64,000 bases of DNA from an uncultured Candidatus Saccharibacteria bacterium. GTDB taxonomy: Bacteria; Patescibacteriota; Minisyncoccia; Phycocordibacterales; UBA9973. Position numbers and translations under genes: made by a program. This document shows positions 29,150 through 38,712 of the stretch, piece after piece. A model generated the notes under the pieces. It had not been told where the DNA came from and ran no database searches. It saw nothing but the letters and a program-made list of their open reading frames with translations. Every line of letters starts with the position of its first letter. Positions within the stretch are counted from its first letter, which is position 1. The stretch is from assembly GCA_964432275.1 (NCBI GenBank), contig CAYSMH010000002.1:9418-73417 (forward strand). The letters are read 5' to 3'.

Positions 29150-29551
29150 TTGTTATATTATGATAAAAATTTTAAAATGAAAATAAGTAAAAATACTCAA
29201 GCCTACATTGTTGCTTTTCTTACCCTATTATTTGCAAGCGGTTATGCATCTCTCTTCTACCATGATCAGATGCCTGAATTATTAAAGATTGACTTAAAAC
29301 CTTACCATGAAAATAACCGGTTATTGGCCGACTCAATTACACAAAAAGAGAAAAGGTTGGGAGAAGTTAAAAAACTCCACAAAGCTGCTGAATGTTTAGG
29401 TGAAAGTACGAATGGTATTGACATTGAATCAAAAGAGATTGAACAGGTAATCATCCGCTTGGATAGGAAAATCAAATCAAATAATCGATATATCGATTCA
29501 CTGACAATTCGTCGAAACAAGTATCCTTGGATAGGATGGCTAGTACCGTAA
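29150..29551 (+). CDS. hypothetical membrane-anchored protein
   Basis: 133 aa, one N-terminal TM, AT-rich; followed by hairpin at 29566-29595. Confidence 0.4.
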   Translation: MLYYDKNFKMKISKNTQAYIVAFLTLLFASGYASLFYHDQMPELLKIDLKPYHENNRLLADSITQKEKRLGEVKKLHKAAECLGESTNGIDIESKEIEQVIIRLDRKIKSNNRYIDSLTIRRNKYPWIGWLVP

Positions 29552-29591
29552 ATTATTTTAAAATTAAAAGCACCACATCTGTGGAGCTTTT

Positions 29592-31265
29592 TTATTTCTT
29601 CGTCACCTCTCCGTAGTCCCCTTTCGACAGATACTTCGCGATATCGTCTTTGGCCACGCCCACTTTTTTATGAGGGTTGAAGATATACATAGGGTCAAAG
29701 ATTTCTTTGGTTTCTTGGAAGAGGTTGGTGACGATGGAGCCGTACTGTTTCTCGAGGTATGGTGAGCGAATAATGCCGTCGTTGTGCTCTGCTGTGATAG
29801 AACCCTTGAACTCAAGTACAAGATCGTACACTTCATCAGAGAGCGTCAGGATAATCTCTCGCGTCTTGGGATCCTTGAGATCCATGAGTGGGATAATGTG
29901 AAAGTTGCCATCTCCAGGATGTCCTGCGATCGTGTATGTGAGATCGTATTTTTTCAATATCGTATCGAGTTTGGGCAAGAACTCTGGCAAATACTCAGGC
30001 TTGACCACAAAGTCATCGATAAACGGTGCAGTGTGCTTGCCTTTGACATGCTTGCGCAGGAGGTTGAAGCTCTCGTGACGCACATCCCAGTATTTGCCTT
30101 CTTCGGCTTCACTTTGGGTGACGTGAGTAAGTACACGAAACTGATCTTTGAGTACACGCGAGAGTGATGTTGCCTTTTGTTGGATGACTTCATGATCATC
30201 TCCGGCAAACTCGATGAGTAAGATCATTTTAGGAATACCGCCTGCAAGCGTCATAAAGAACTCAGGGATAAATGAGAACATAAACTTGATCATGCCCCAG
30301 AGCTTCTTTTTCTTGAGGAAGTCTCCAAAGAACTTCACCGCTACTTTGAGTGTGTTGTCATCGTAGCTTTCGATACTTTCGGGATGCTGCGTGAGCGCCA
30401 CGTTTACGATCCGCCCGATATCTTTCATGTCTTTGAGAAAGACAACACACAGTGTAGAGAACTTCTTGACCGGTACGAGCTTGAACGTGATCTCTGTGAC
30501 GATGCCGAGCGTACCTTGTGAACCGACGATAAGTCTGCAGAGGTCAAATGTTTCTGTTGTAGGATCCCAGACGTTCCAGAGGTAGTATCCGGCAGAGTTT
30601 TTAGATACATCAGGCTTTGCACCGGTGATCGTCTTGATATTGTCAGTTATGAGCTTGTACAAACGTCTGTACATATCTGCTTCAAATCCGACTTCCCCCA
30701 CCTTGGTCATGAGCTCTTTGCGCGTCATCGGTCGTACGGTGTACTCATAGCCGTCGGTGAACACGACCTTGAGCTCCTTGATGTAGTTTTCTACCTTTCC
30801 ATAATAAATAGACTTCTCTCCGCCTGAGTTGTTGGCAACCATACCACCAACCGCACACAGATCGCGCGATGCAGTATATGCAGGCATGATGAGGCCTGCT
30901 TTTTTCGTTTCAGTATCAAAATCTCGATAGTACGTACCTGGCAACACTCTCGCCCACTGCTCGACAGCGTTGACCTCCAGTGTCCCTGTCATGTAGCGAG
31001 TCGTATCGATAATGATACTCTCGCCAAGTGCGCCCCCACTCATACAGGTACCTGCAGCACGCATTGTGATCGACAGTGTTGGATCATTCTTTTTCTCAGT
31101 TGCAACGTATTTCACCACAGCTGCAATGTCAGCACTGTCTTTGGGGAAAACCACCACCTGTGGTCGCATTTCAAACAGTGACGCATCACGCGATGCCTTG
31201 TCGAGTGCTAGTTCACTTGTATCGACATCTCCTTTGATTATGTTTTTGATATCGTCTGCAATCAT
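29592..31265 (-). CDS. FAD-linked oxidase (PCMH-type FAD-binding domain; GlcD/D-lactate dehydrogenase-like)
   Basis: 557 aa; FAD-binding segment RAAGTCMSGGALGESIIID...AVGGMVANNSGGEKSIYYG and C-terminal oxidase domain. Confidence 0.8.
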   Translation of the reverse strand: MIADDIKNIIKGDVDTSELALDKASRDASLFEMRPQVVVFPKDSADIAAVVKYVATEKKNDPTLSITMRAAGTCMSGGALGESIIIDTTRYMTGTLEVNAVEQWARVLPGTYYRDFDTETKKAGLIMPAYTASRDLCAVGGMVANNSGGEKSIYYGKVENYIKELKVVFTDGYEYTVRPMTRKELMTKVGEVGFEADMYRRLYKLITDNIKTITGAKPDVSKNSAGYYLWNVWDPTTETFDLCRLIVGSQGTLGIVTEITFKLVPVKKFSTLCVVFLKDMKDIGRIVNVALTQHPESIESYDDNTLKVAVKFFGDFLKKKKLWGMIKFMFSFIPEFFMTLAGGIPKMILLIEFAGDDHEVIQQKATSLSRVLKDQFRVLTHVTQSEAEEGKYWDVRHESFNLLRKHVKGKHTAPFIDDFVVKPEYLPEFLPKLDTILKKYDLTYTIAGHPGDGNFHIIPLMDLKDPKTREIILTLSDEVYDLVLEFKGSITAEHNDGIIRSPYLEKQYGSIVTNLFQETKEIFDPMYIFNPHKKVGVAKDDIAKYLSKGDYGEVTKK

Positions 31266-31267
31266 GG

Positions 31268-32137
31268 TTAGATCATTCGGTTAAACTTCTTGAGCTTCTC
31301 GGTCACAACAGCTTCCATTGCGAGAGATGCATTGGTGCCGTACTTGTATGGAGCAATGTCTTCGGGGTTGTTCTCCATGTACGACTTGAGTGCGCTTGTA
31401 TATGCACGACGTATCTCAGTGTTGACGTGAACGATTGCGATACCCGCTTCGATCGCCGCATCAAAGTCTGCATCTTCTCCACTTCCTCCATGAAGCACGA
31501 GTGGTGTCACAGGGAGTGCAGCAGTAATCTGCTTGATACAGTCAATATCAAGTCGTGGTTTGTTGCCCACTTTCAACATACCGTGGAAGTTACCCACTGC
31601 AGGCGCGAGCATGTCGGCACCTGTCTCTGCTATGAACTTCTGTGCTTCAGCCGCACTCGTAGTCACAGCGACTCCTTCGGGGATAGCATCGCGCATTTTG
31701 GAACCTTCACCGATATACCCGAGCTCGATCTCTACAACAATATCGCGACCAGTTGCAGCGGTCACAGATCGTGCGTACTCGACACACTGTTTGGATACTT
31801 GAACATTTTCTTCGTAGCTATGCGCTGCGCCATCATAGATCACGCTATCAAAGCCTGCATCGATCGCATCCTTCACAGTCGCAAATGAGTAATGATGATC
31901 AGCATTGAGATAGATATCGATCCCCCAGTGTTCACGGATCGTTTGTACCAATGCGACTGCTTGGTGTGTCCCGACTGCTTCTTGCTCACCTTCTGAGAGT
32001 CCGACGATCACCGGTACACCCAAGGTCTTGGCAGCACGAGCGATGGCATAGAGACCTTCGAGGTTGGAGAAGTTGAAATGACCAATAGCGACCTTTTTCG
32101 CTCGAGCTTCAGCAACGCACTGACGGAGGGATTTCAT
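31268..32137 (-). CDS. fba: class II fructose-bisphosphate aldolase
   Basis: MKSLRQCVAEARAKKVAIGHFNFSNLEG..., LNADHH, HGGSG motifs; start 32137 chosen (ORF extends to 32179 across the upstream terminator). Confidence 0.85.
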   Translation of the reverse strand: MKSLRQCVAEARAKKVAIGHFNFSNLEGLYAIARAAKTLGVPVIVGLSEGEQEAVGTHQAVALVQTIREHWGIDIYLNADHHYSFATVKDAIDAGFDSVIYDGAAHSYEENVQVSKQCVEYARSVTAATGRDIVVEIELGYIGEGSKMRDAIPEGVAVTTSAAEAQKFIAETGADMLAPAVGNFHGMLKVGNKPRLDIDCIKQITAALPVTPLVLHGGSGEDADFDAAIEAGIAIVHVNTEIRRAYTSALKSYMENNPEDIAPYKYGTNASLAMEAVVTEKLKKFNRMI

Positions 32138-32149
32138 AGGTGAAGTGTA

Positions 32150-32178
32150 GCATAAAAAAATGGATAAATATTTATCCA
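32150..32178 (-). terminator. rho-independent terminator of 32193..32456 gene (18-nt perfect palindrome)
   Basis: tggataaatatttatcca perfect palindrome followed on - strand by ttttttt. Confidence 0.5.
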
Positions 32179-32192
32179 TTTTTTACATAATC

Positions 32193-32456
32193 CTACAAAG
32201 TTCCACCATATGTTTTATATTTTCTTGACAACCCAAAGGCGCAAATTATCACAAAAACAAAACCAATGATACATACTAACGAAAGATCATTAACTATTTG
32301 ATCTAAGGGTTTATTTTTATTGTCATAAATGGTCTTAAAAAAAATAGTTATACATACAATTACTACAGTGTAGGAGAAGATAATTAATTTATTCATATCC
32401 AAAGATTTCAATAACTTTAAACTATTATTAGATAATATGTCAATAGTATCAAACAC
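32193..32456 (-). CDS. hypothetical small membrane protein (87 aa)
   Basis: AT-rich ORF with two hydrophobic helices; own terminator. Confidence 0.3.
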   Translation of the reverse strand: MFDTIDILSNNSLKLLKSLDMNKLIIFSYTVVIVCITIFFKTIYDNKNKPLDQIVNDLSLVCIIGFVFVIICAFGLSRKYKTYGGTL

Positions 32457-32481
32457 TCCTTATTTCCTCTATAATTGACCC

Positions 32482-33474
32482 ATGGATACCCAAATAGACT
32501 TCCTCGCCATTGGCGACATTGTGACCGATGCATTTATTCGCATCAAAGATGCTGAAGCAACCTGCGACCTCGACAAACACAACTGCAAACTCTGCGTTCG
32601 CTTCGGCGACAAAGTCCCCTACGAGTCTATGACCGAGCTTCGCGCGGTGGGCAACTCCGCCAACGCCGCTGTCGCAGCTGCACGACTCGGGGTGAAAAGC
32701 GCACTCCTGACTCATCTGGGCAAGGATCTCAATGGAGAAAACTGTATCGCCGAGCTCAAGAAAAACAACGTCGACACGCACTTCGTCTACGCCCACGAAG
32801 GCATGAAGACCAACTACCACTACGTACTATGGTACGACGTCGAACGCACGATCCTCATCAAGCATGAGTCCTACCCGCTCGTTTTCCCAAGTATCCCAGT
32901 CGCACCTAAAATGCTCTATCTCTCTTCTCTCGGAGATCACACAGAGAAATACCATCAAGACATCGCAGACTACATCAAGGCACACCCGGATATGAAGGTG
33001 GTGTTCCAACCAGGAACGTTTCAGATCAAGCTCGGTGCCGAGACACTCAAGGATATTTATGCAAACACCTACGCATTCTTTTGCAACCTCGAAGAAGCAA
33101 AACGAATCCTCAACACTGACGAACACGAAATCCCAATGCTGATCAAGGCACTGCACAAGCTCGGCCCCAAGCTCGTATTTATCACCGATGGTATCAATGG
33201 TGCGTATGCATCAGACGGTGTAGAGGCATGGTTTATGCCAGTGTATCCACATGATCCCTACGAGCGCACGGGTGCAGGTGATGCATTTGCATCGACCGTG
33301 TCAGTTGCACTGCTCAAAGGCAAGTCACTTGCAGAAGCGCTATCATGGGGGCCGGTGAACTCGATGTCAGTCGTGCAGTACGTCGGTGCACAAGAAGGTC
33401 TCCTTTCCGAAGAAAAGATTGCAAAATATTTATCAGAAGCACCAGTGAGCTACGCTGCGCAGCCACTTTTTTAA
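32482..33474 (+). CDS. PfkB-family carbohydrate kinase (ribokinase-like fold)
   Basis: 330 aa; C-terminal GAGDAFAS anion-hole motif, N-terminal Gly-rich substrate lid; -10 tataat at 32471. Confidence 0.8.
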   Translation: MDTQIDFLAIGDIVTDAFIRIKDAEATCDLDKHNCKLCVRFGDKVPYESMTELRAVGNSANAAVAAARLGVKSALLTHLGKDLNGENCIAELKKNNVDTHFVYAHEGMKTNYHYVLWYDVERTILIKHESYPLVFPSIPVAPKMLYLSSLGDHTEKYHQDIADYIKAHPDMKVVFQPGTFQIKLGAETLKDIYANTYAFFCNLEEAKRILNTDEHEIPMLIKALHKLGPKLVFITDGINGAYASDGVEAWFMPVYPHDPYERTGAGDAFASTVSVALLKGKSLAEALSWGPVNSMSVVQYVGAQEGLLSEEKIAKYLSEAPVSYAAQPLF

Positions 33475-33484
33475 TTAGTATATT

Positions 33485-33907
33485 ATGAGCATATTTGAAA
33501 ATTTCGAAAATTATTTTAACAACAAAGATGTTAAAAGTGAGAGCGCTCAAGAAGAAATGAATGATCTATTGAAAAATAAACAAGTGCACACAGAAGCTCG
33601 ACATGCTATCTATCAAGAATTTGAAACTCTCCAAACAAATATAGATAGATTAAATAGTGAGATTGATGAACTTATTCCGCAACAAAATAAGGCTGGGGTT
33701 TCTGTAGCTATTGCTCAAAAACATGGAGAGCTTAGTATATATGAAGACAGGTTAGAAGATTTTATAAAAAAATATCCCAAGATGACAGAAATGGAATATT
33801 CTATGATAGACACTATACGTCAAAAACTAGATGAGAAAAAGAAAATTCTCGCAAGTCTACAAAATAACGAAATTGAAAGTGTGAATTCAATAGCTCGCAG
33901 GAACTAG
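33485..33907 (+). CDS. hypothetical coiled-coil protein
   Basis: 140 aa AT-rich ORF, heptad-like pattern; no motifs. Confidence 0.4.
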   Translation: MSIFENFENYFNNKDVKSESAQEEMNDLLKNKQVHTEARHAIYQEFETLQTNIDRLNSEIDELIPQQNKAGVSVAIAQKHGELSIYEDRLEDFIKKYPKMTEMEYSMIDTIRQKLDEKKKILASLQNNEIESVNSIARRN

Positions 33908-34899
33908 CCCTTTCTCTCTATCACTTTCATCACTGCAGCAGTGATCGCATCGCGCCCCATGCCGTAGTGTTCGATGAGCTGGTTTGGTGTACCCGACTGA
34001 CCAAACTGATCTTTAACTCCGACAAACTCCATGGGTACTGGGTATGTCTGTACAAGCACTTCTGCAACAGCGCTTCCTAGTCCTCCTGCGATCTGATGTT
34101 CTTCTACTGTAACGATGCATTTGGTCTCTCGCGCACAAGTCAGAAGCAGATCTTTGTCGATTGGTTTGATCGTGTGAATGTTTACCACAATCACTTTGAT
34201 ATGTTTTGCTTCGAGGTCTTTTGCAACCTTGAGCGCAGTGGCGACAAGTGCTCCTGTGGCAACGATCGTCACATGTGCAATACCTTCTGGACGAAATAGT
34301 ACTTGCCCTTTCCCTATTTCAAATGGAGTTTCTTCTGTAGTAATCACAGGAGTTTTCTCACGAGCAAGACGCAAGTATGCAATACAAGGTTTGTTAGATA
34401 GCGCGAGAGTTGCCCGCTTTGCCTGGATAGCGTCGCATGGAGAGATGACCGTCATCCGAGGGATCACGCGCATGAGCGCAATGTCTTCGACCGCTTGGTG
34501 TGTGCCACCGTCTGGACCCACAGAGATACCAGCATGGGAGCCAACCACGACTGCTGGGCGGTCGTTGTACGCGATCGTGGTGCGGATCTGTTCCCAGTTG
34601 CGTCCGGGGCTAAACATGGCGTACGAAGAAAAGAATGGATATTTACCCATCGCTGCCATACCACTTGCGACTGTTGCCAAGTTTTGCTCCGCAACACCGA
34701 TCTCCACAAACCGCTCTGGGAACTTATTTTTAAACAAGTGCATCTGCGTACTCTCTGTCAGATCGGCACATAGTGCAACAATGTTTTTATGTGTATCTCC
34801 AGCTATCGCCAACCCTTCGCCAAAACCTTTGCGAATAGGAACTTGCTCGACATCGTCGGCAAATACTTTGGGGTTGAGTTTGAGGTCAGGGTTGAGCAC
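33904..34899 (-). CDS. tkt: transketolase, C-terminal (pyrimidine-binding) subunit of split enzyme
   Basis: FVEIGVAEQNLATVASGMAAMG..., GSHAGISVGPDGGTHQAVEDIALMR; probable GTG start. Confidence 0.85.
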   Translation of the reverse strand: MLNPDLKLNPKVFADDVEQVPIRKGFGEGLAIAGDTHKNIVALCADLTESTQMHLFKNKFPERFVEIGVAEQNLATVASGMAAMGKYPFFSSYAMFSPGRNWEQIRTTIAYNDRPAVVVGSHAGISVGPDGGTHQAVEDIALMRVIPRMTVISPCDAIQAKRATLALSNKPCIAYLRLAREKTPVITTEETPFEIGKGQVLFRPEGIAHVTIVATGALVATALKVAKDLEAKHIKVIVVNIHTIKPIDKDLLLTCARETKCIVTVEEHQIAGGLGSAVAEVLVQTYPVPMEFVGVKDQFGQSGTPNQLIEHYGMGRDAITAAVMKVIERKG

Positions 34900-34901
34900 G
34901 A

Positions 34902-35171
34902 TTATCGTCTCGATTTTGCTTCTAATTTGGAAACACGAACTGTAAGTGCGTCAAACTTTTGATTGGAAGGAAACTTATCATGGAGAGCAAGGATATCAGA
35001 TCGAAGCTTTTGCTGACCTTCTTCGAGATTTTGTAGTCGATGTTCAACAGTACTAAATCGGGTATCCATCGTATCTTGTAATGAAGAAAAACCTGTCGCC
35101 ATAGCGCGCGCCAAATTATCAATTTTGTCTTCGAGAGACTTTGGTTTTTTTGTGCCAAATTCTTTTATCAT
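34902..35171 (-). CDS. hypothetical coiled-coil protein (89 aa)
   Basis: ATG ORF inserted between the transketolase halves; AT-rich. Confidence 0.35.
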   Translation of the reverse strand: MIKEFGTKKPKSLEDKIDNLARAMATGFSSLQDTMDTRFSTVEHRLQNLEEGQQKLRSDILALHDKFPSNQKFDALTVRVSKLEAKSRR

Positions 35172-35188
35172 ACATCTAGTATATACCC

Positions 35189-35404
35189 CTACACTTCAGA
35201 AACAAGAACAAATCGTGGTACAGTGCCGCCTTCCCACTCCACATCATTAAAAAATAAATTCATCGGGCGAATATAGATCTTGCCACTATGCATCTGTTCG
35301 TACACAACCATATCTTCTCCTGTTTCAGAATGCTTTCCCAAAATAATGATCTTATAATCATTTCCCTTATAGTGCTTCCAAATTTGTCCGGGTTTGAGTT
35401 CCAT
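35189..35404 (-). CDS. DUF1653-family protein (71 aa)
   Basis: GQIWKHYKGNDYKII...VVYEQ...KIYIRPMNLF matches the DUF1653 pattern KHYKG..Y.v....VvY....RP...F. Confidence 0.55.
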   Translation of the reverse strand: MELKPGQIWKHYKGNDYKIIILGKHSETGEDMVVYEQMHSGKIYIRPMNLFFNDVEWEGGTVPRFVLVSEV

Positions 35405-35406
35405 TA

Positions 35407-35670
35407 CTATGTTCTAATCTTTAGTATAGATCTTATTGATATAAATATAATACCGATATAATAAGGTACTAAAGTTATAGCCCCGAGTAACCAGATAACC
35501 CCTGATTTAAAATCAGGCAAATTTATATTTTTTATAAACACAGGAAGAAAGTAAATAGTAACCATTAGAGTCCAGAAAATAATTCTAGATGAGGGCTTAT
35601 GCGAAGTATACTTTCGGTCAATCACCGTGAGTAGGAAAAATATTACAACTATATAGACTAATAAAATCAT
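35407..35670 (-). CDS. hypothetical small membrane protein (87 aa, 3 TM)
   Basis: Hydrophobic ORF, AT-rich. Confidence 0.4.
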   Translation of the reverse strand: MILLVYIVVIFFLLTVIDRKYTSHKPSSRIIFWTLMVTIYFLPVFIKNINLPDFKSGVIWLLGAITLVPYYIGIIFISIRSILKIRT

Positions 35671-35673
35671 AAT

Positions 35674-36540
35674 TTATTTATGCTCGCTCTTAATCTTGCC
35701 TCCCAATGTACGCAGCTCATCTAGTGCCATGGTTGCTTCTTCTTTGTTGGGAGCTTTGCCATGCCATTCAAACTTTCGTTCAAACTCACGGACGCCGCGA
35801 CCTGGGATCGTGCGCGCAATGATGACTGATGGCTTTTCGAACACTGCTTTTGCTTTGTTCACCGCATTGATCACCGCCTCGATGTTGTTGCCATCTATTT
35901 CTTGGACATGCCAGTTGAACGCTTCCCATTTCTCGGTGAGACTGTCGAGCGGCATGATGTCTTCGGTATAGCCGTCAATCTGTATGTTGTTGCGATCCAC
36001 TATTGCGATCACGTTGCGTAGCTTTTCTTTGCCAGCAAGCATGATAGCCTCCCAGTTGTTGCCTTCGTTGAGTTCACCGTCTCCGAGTAAGCAATAAAAA
36101 TATTTGGACGATGTAACCCCAAAGTCCATGCGATCTGCAATCGCCATGCCCACAGCCTGCGAAAGTCCTGAGCCAAGCGGACCGCTCGAGTTTTCAAGCA
36201 TCGGCAAGTATTCGCGATGCGGATGCCCTTGCAAGCGCGAACCAAACTTGCGCAGTGTTTGCAATTCTTCTAGTGGGAAATACCCTGCATGCGCCATAGT
36301 CGCATAGAGCACTGGGTTGATATGGCCATTTGAGAGTACTAATCTGTCGCGATCTGCCCATGCTGGATCTTCGGGTTTGTGTCGCATGATATCAAAGTAC
36401 AGTGCAGTGAACACATCGGCCATACCGAGTGGTCCCGCAGTGTGTCCACTTCCCGCTTCAAGCAACATCGAGATGATTGATTGTCGTATCTCGTTTGCCT
36501 TGATCTCTAATTCTCTAATGGTGAAGTCGCCTGATGACAT
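35674..36540 (-). CDS. tkt: transketolase, N-terminal (TPP-binding) subunit of split enzyme
   Basis: GSGHTAGPLGMADVFTALYF, GHINPVLYA, CLLGDGELNEGNNWEA (TPP GDG motif). Confidence 0.85.
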   Translation of the reverse strand: MSSGDFTIRELEIKANEIRQSIISMLLEAGSGHTAGPLGMADVFTALYFDIMRHKPEDPAWADRDRLVLSNGHINPVLYATMAHAGYFPLEELQTLRKFGSRLQGHPHREYLPMLENSSGPLGSGLSQAVGMAIADRMDFGVTSSKYFYCLLGDGELNEGNNWEAIMLAGKEKLRNVIAIVDRNNIQIDGYTEDIMPLDSLTEKWEAFNWHVQEIDGNNIEAVINAVNKAKAVFEKPSVIIARTIPGRGVREFERKFEWHGKAPNKEEATMALDELRTLGGKIKSEHK

Positions 36541-37220
36541 ATAGATTTGAACTTCTGTATTGTACCGTGCAAATCATTTGATTGAAAGATAGCAGAGCCC
36601 ACAACAAGCATGTCGGCACCTGCTTGGACCAATGTCGCAGCGTTATCAAGTGATACCGCACCATCAACTGCAATATGTTTATCTGGGAAAAGTTGTCGCG
36701 CCTTTTTCACTTGCTCAATAACGCGCGGATCAAATGCTTGCTGCTGGAAGCCGACGTTTTGTATTCCCATACACTGCACGGTATTGATATATTCACTATA
36801 GGGTTGTACCAAGGCAAGATCAGTATCAACACCAACCGCTATTCCAAACGATACAGTAGAGCGCACAATCTCTGGCAAGTGTTGAAAATACGCAAGCATC
36901 TTTTCTGTATCGAGTCCTTCTGCATGGAAAATGATCTTGGATGGACCAAGCGCGATAAACGTATCGATATGTGTGAGCGGGTCCTTGATCATGAGATCAA
37001 ATTCGTAATCAATTTCTTCCCAATGCGGCAAGCCTTCTTCTTGGGTGAGAAATGCTTCGAGTACGTCTTCGTTTTTGTTGTTGAACCACCAGGTGCGGTT
37101 GGTTGCAAAGTGTCCATCCACAAAGTCGACCTGTACGGTGTGCACGGCACCATATATTTTCTCGACACCATCTTTGATGTCGTAGTAGCGCATGGGTAGT
37201 ATAGCGGGGATTATTTTCAT
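36507..37220 (-). CDS. rpe: ribulose-phosphate 3-epimerase-family protein
   Basis: VDFVDGHFATN, C-terminal AVDGAVSLDNAATLVQAGADMLVVGSAIF (RPE pattern); contains an insertion relative to canonical Rpe. Confidence 0.7.
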   Translation of the reverse strand: MKIIPAILPMRYYDIKDGVEKIYGAVHTVQVDFVDGHFATNRTWWFNNKNEDVLEAFLTQEEGLPHWEEIDYEFDLMIKDPLTHIDTFIALGPSKIIFHAEGLDTEKMLAYFQHLPEIVRSTVSFGIAVGVDTDLALVQPYSEYINTVQCMGIQNVGFQQQAFDPRVIEQVKKARQLFPDKHIAVDGAVSLDNAATLVQAGADMLVVGSAIFQSNDLHGTIQKFKSICHQATSPLEN

Positions 37221-37221
37221 A

Positions 37222-37659
37222 TTAAAACTTGCTTATTCTCCGCACATGTCGCTCTTCATTGGTAAATGCTGTCGCAAGCCATAGAGTGACTGCTTGTATA
37301 GATTCTTGGGGTGTTATAAACCGCGCACTGAGTGAGAGCATGTTGGCACCGTTATGCTCACGCGAGAGTGTGAGTATCTCTGTCGGACCTCCATAGTACA
37401 CTGCACAACGTACACCAGATACACGGTTGGCACACATTGCCTCACCTTGACCTGAACCACCAAACACTATACCCATACTCTCTATATCACTAGCCACGGC
37501 TTGCGCGCACGGCAACACATAGTCTGGATAATCATCCCCTTCGACAAGCTCATTTGCACCATGATCCACGACTTCCACACCTTCTTGCGCAAGCAAGAAT
37601 TCTTTTACCGCTTCTTTGTGTGCATATCCTGCGTGATCGGTAGCGAGATGAATGATCAT
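37222..37659 (-). CDS. rpiB: ribose-5-phosphate isomerase B (RpiB/LacAB family)
   Basis: MIIHLATDHAGYAHKEAVKEFL...DYPDYVLPCAQAV...GIVFGGSGQGEAMCANRVSGVRCAV...HNGANMLSLSARF. Confidence 0.85.
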   Translation of the reverse strand: MIIHLATDHAGYAHKEAVKEFLLAQEGVEVVDHGANELVEGDDYPDYVLPCAQAVASDIESMGIVFGGSGQGEAMCANRVSGVRCAVYYGGPTEILTLSREHNGANMLSLSARFITPQESIQAVTLWLATAFTNEERHVRRISKF

Positions 37660-37660
37660 A

Positions 37661-38308
37661 TTATCGGATAGGTACAGTCACGCGCAACTCTACTGTCTCG
37701 TTTGCAAATGTCTGGTCGATACCAAACTGTTTCAGATCAAGAGTAAATGTCGCTGCAAGCTCGTTTGCACTACGAGTCACCGGGAATGAAACTGCCTTGG
37801 TCACACCGTGGATCGTGAAGTTGCCCGAGAGAAATGCTGCCTCACAGATATCTGCAGGACCACATGAGGAGAGGTCTGCCATTGTGTTGTCCTTGGTCAC
37901 AACAAATGTTGCAGTTGGATACTTTGCGGTATCAAAGAAGTCATCTGTTTTCAAATGCTCAGTCACTTTTTCAGTATCAGTCGAGAGGCTGTTTACATTG
38001 ACCACTATCTTGCCGCTGATTGCACCCTTGGCATCTAGCGCAAGGCTGGAGTTCACTACAGCAAATGATCCGACATGTTTCTTGCCAGGACCAAAGCCGG
38101 TGAACCCGACAGTAACCTTGCTGTTGTCGACTTGCTTGCCTGCACTACTGACAGGAGTCGTAGGTGTAGGTGTTGTACTATCCCCTGTTGCAGGTGTTTC
38201 CTCAGTAATAGTAGCTGCTGGGGTTGCAGCGTCAGGCTGTGTCTGGATCTTTTGCCATCCGAAATAGCCGAGTACTGCGATAATAACGATAAGTAAAAAT
38301 GTTTTCAT
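37661..38308 (-). CDS. YceI-like domain secreted protein
   Basis: Signal/TM N-terminus, Thr/Pro-rich linker, then ...HLKTDDFFDTAKYPTATFVV...GNFTIHGVTKAVSFPV matching the YceI fold signature. Confidence 0.75.
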   Translation of the reverse strand: MKTFLLIVIIAVLGYFGWQKIQTQPDAATPAATITEETPATGDSTTPTPTTPVSSAGKQVDNSKVTVGFTGFGPGKKHVGSFAVVNSSLALDAKGAISGKIVVNVNSLSTDTEKVTEHLKTDDFFDTAKYPTATFVVTKDNTMADLSSCGPADICEAAFLSGNFTIHGVTKAVSFPVTRSANELAATFTLDLKQFGIDQTFANETVELRVTVPIR

Positions 38309-38319
38309 AAAAATAGTAT

Positions 38320-38400
38320 ACCTTATTTAGTAATAGTCTTCCCTGTCTTAATCACATGATCAACGAGCGTATACGTATATATCATTTCGTTATCATACCA
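38320..38400 (-). pseudogene. duplicated fragment of gap 3-prime end (encodes WYDNEMIYTYTLVDHVIKTGKTITK*)
   Basis: ~80% nt identity to 38713-38790, including an identical 26-mer gtcttccctgtcttaatcacatgatc; lies immediately downstream of the MazG-like gene. Confidence 0.55.
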
Positions 38401-38402
38401 TG

Positions 38403-38708
38403 TTACTGGTATGACCCTTTTAGTATAATTTTCTGATCAAATCCTCCTCGTTCTTCCTTTTTCTTCAATCGAATCGCTTCGACACCTGAGTATTCAGGAA
38501 GTTGTTTAAGGGCTTCAATCACTTCTACAATATCTGCCAATTCTTCCAAATCACCAGCTTCAGCAAATTCCTTAATTTCTTCACCAAGTTTTTTTATGAG
38601 CTCAGTTTTATATTCCTCTGGAGAAGCAAGTCGCTTTTCGTAAGAAATATTCTTTGCATCTAGAATTTCTGGAATTTTATCTCTGACTAATTTGTTGTAG
38701 TTTTCCAT
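38403..38708 (-). CDS. MazG-like nucleoside triphosphate pyrophosphohydrolase domain protein (101 aa)
   Basis: NYNKLVRDKIPEIL...EFAEAGDLEELADIVEVIEAL...KKKEERGGFDQKIIL, typical of short MazG/PRA-PH-like house-cleaning NTPases. Confidence 0.65.
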   Translation of the reverse strand: MENYNKLVRDKIPEILDAKNISYEKRLASPEEYKTELIKKLGEEIKEFAEAGDLEELADIVEVIEALKQLPEYSGVEAIRLKKKEERGGFDQKIILKGSYQ

Positions 38709-38712
38709 AAAA

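Noticed and set aside
32161-32178. 18-nt perfect palindrome tggataaatatttatcca as a repressor operator for fba
   Set aside because: On the - strand it is followed by a 7-T run directly after the stop of the 32193-32456 gene. That fits an intrinsic terminator, although a dual role is not excluded.
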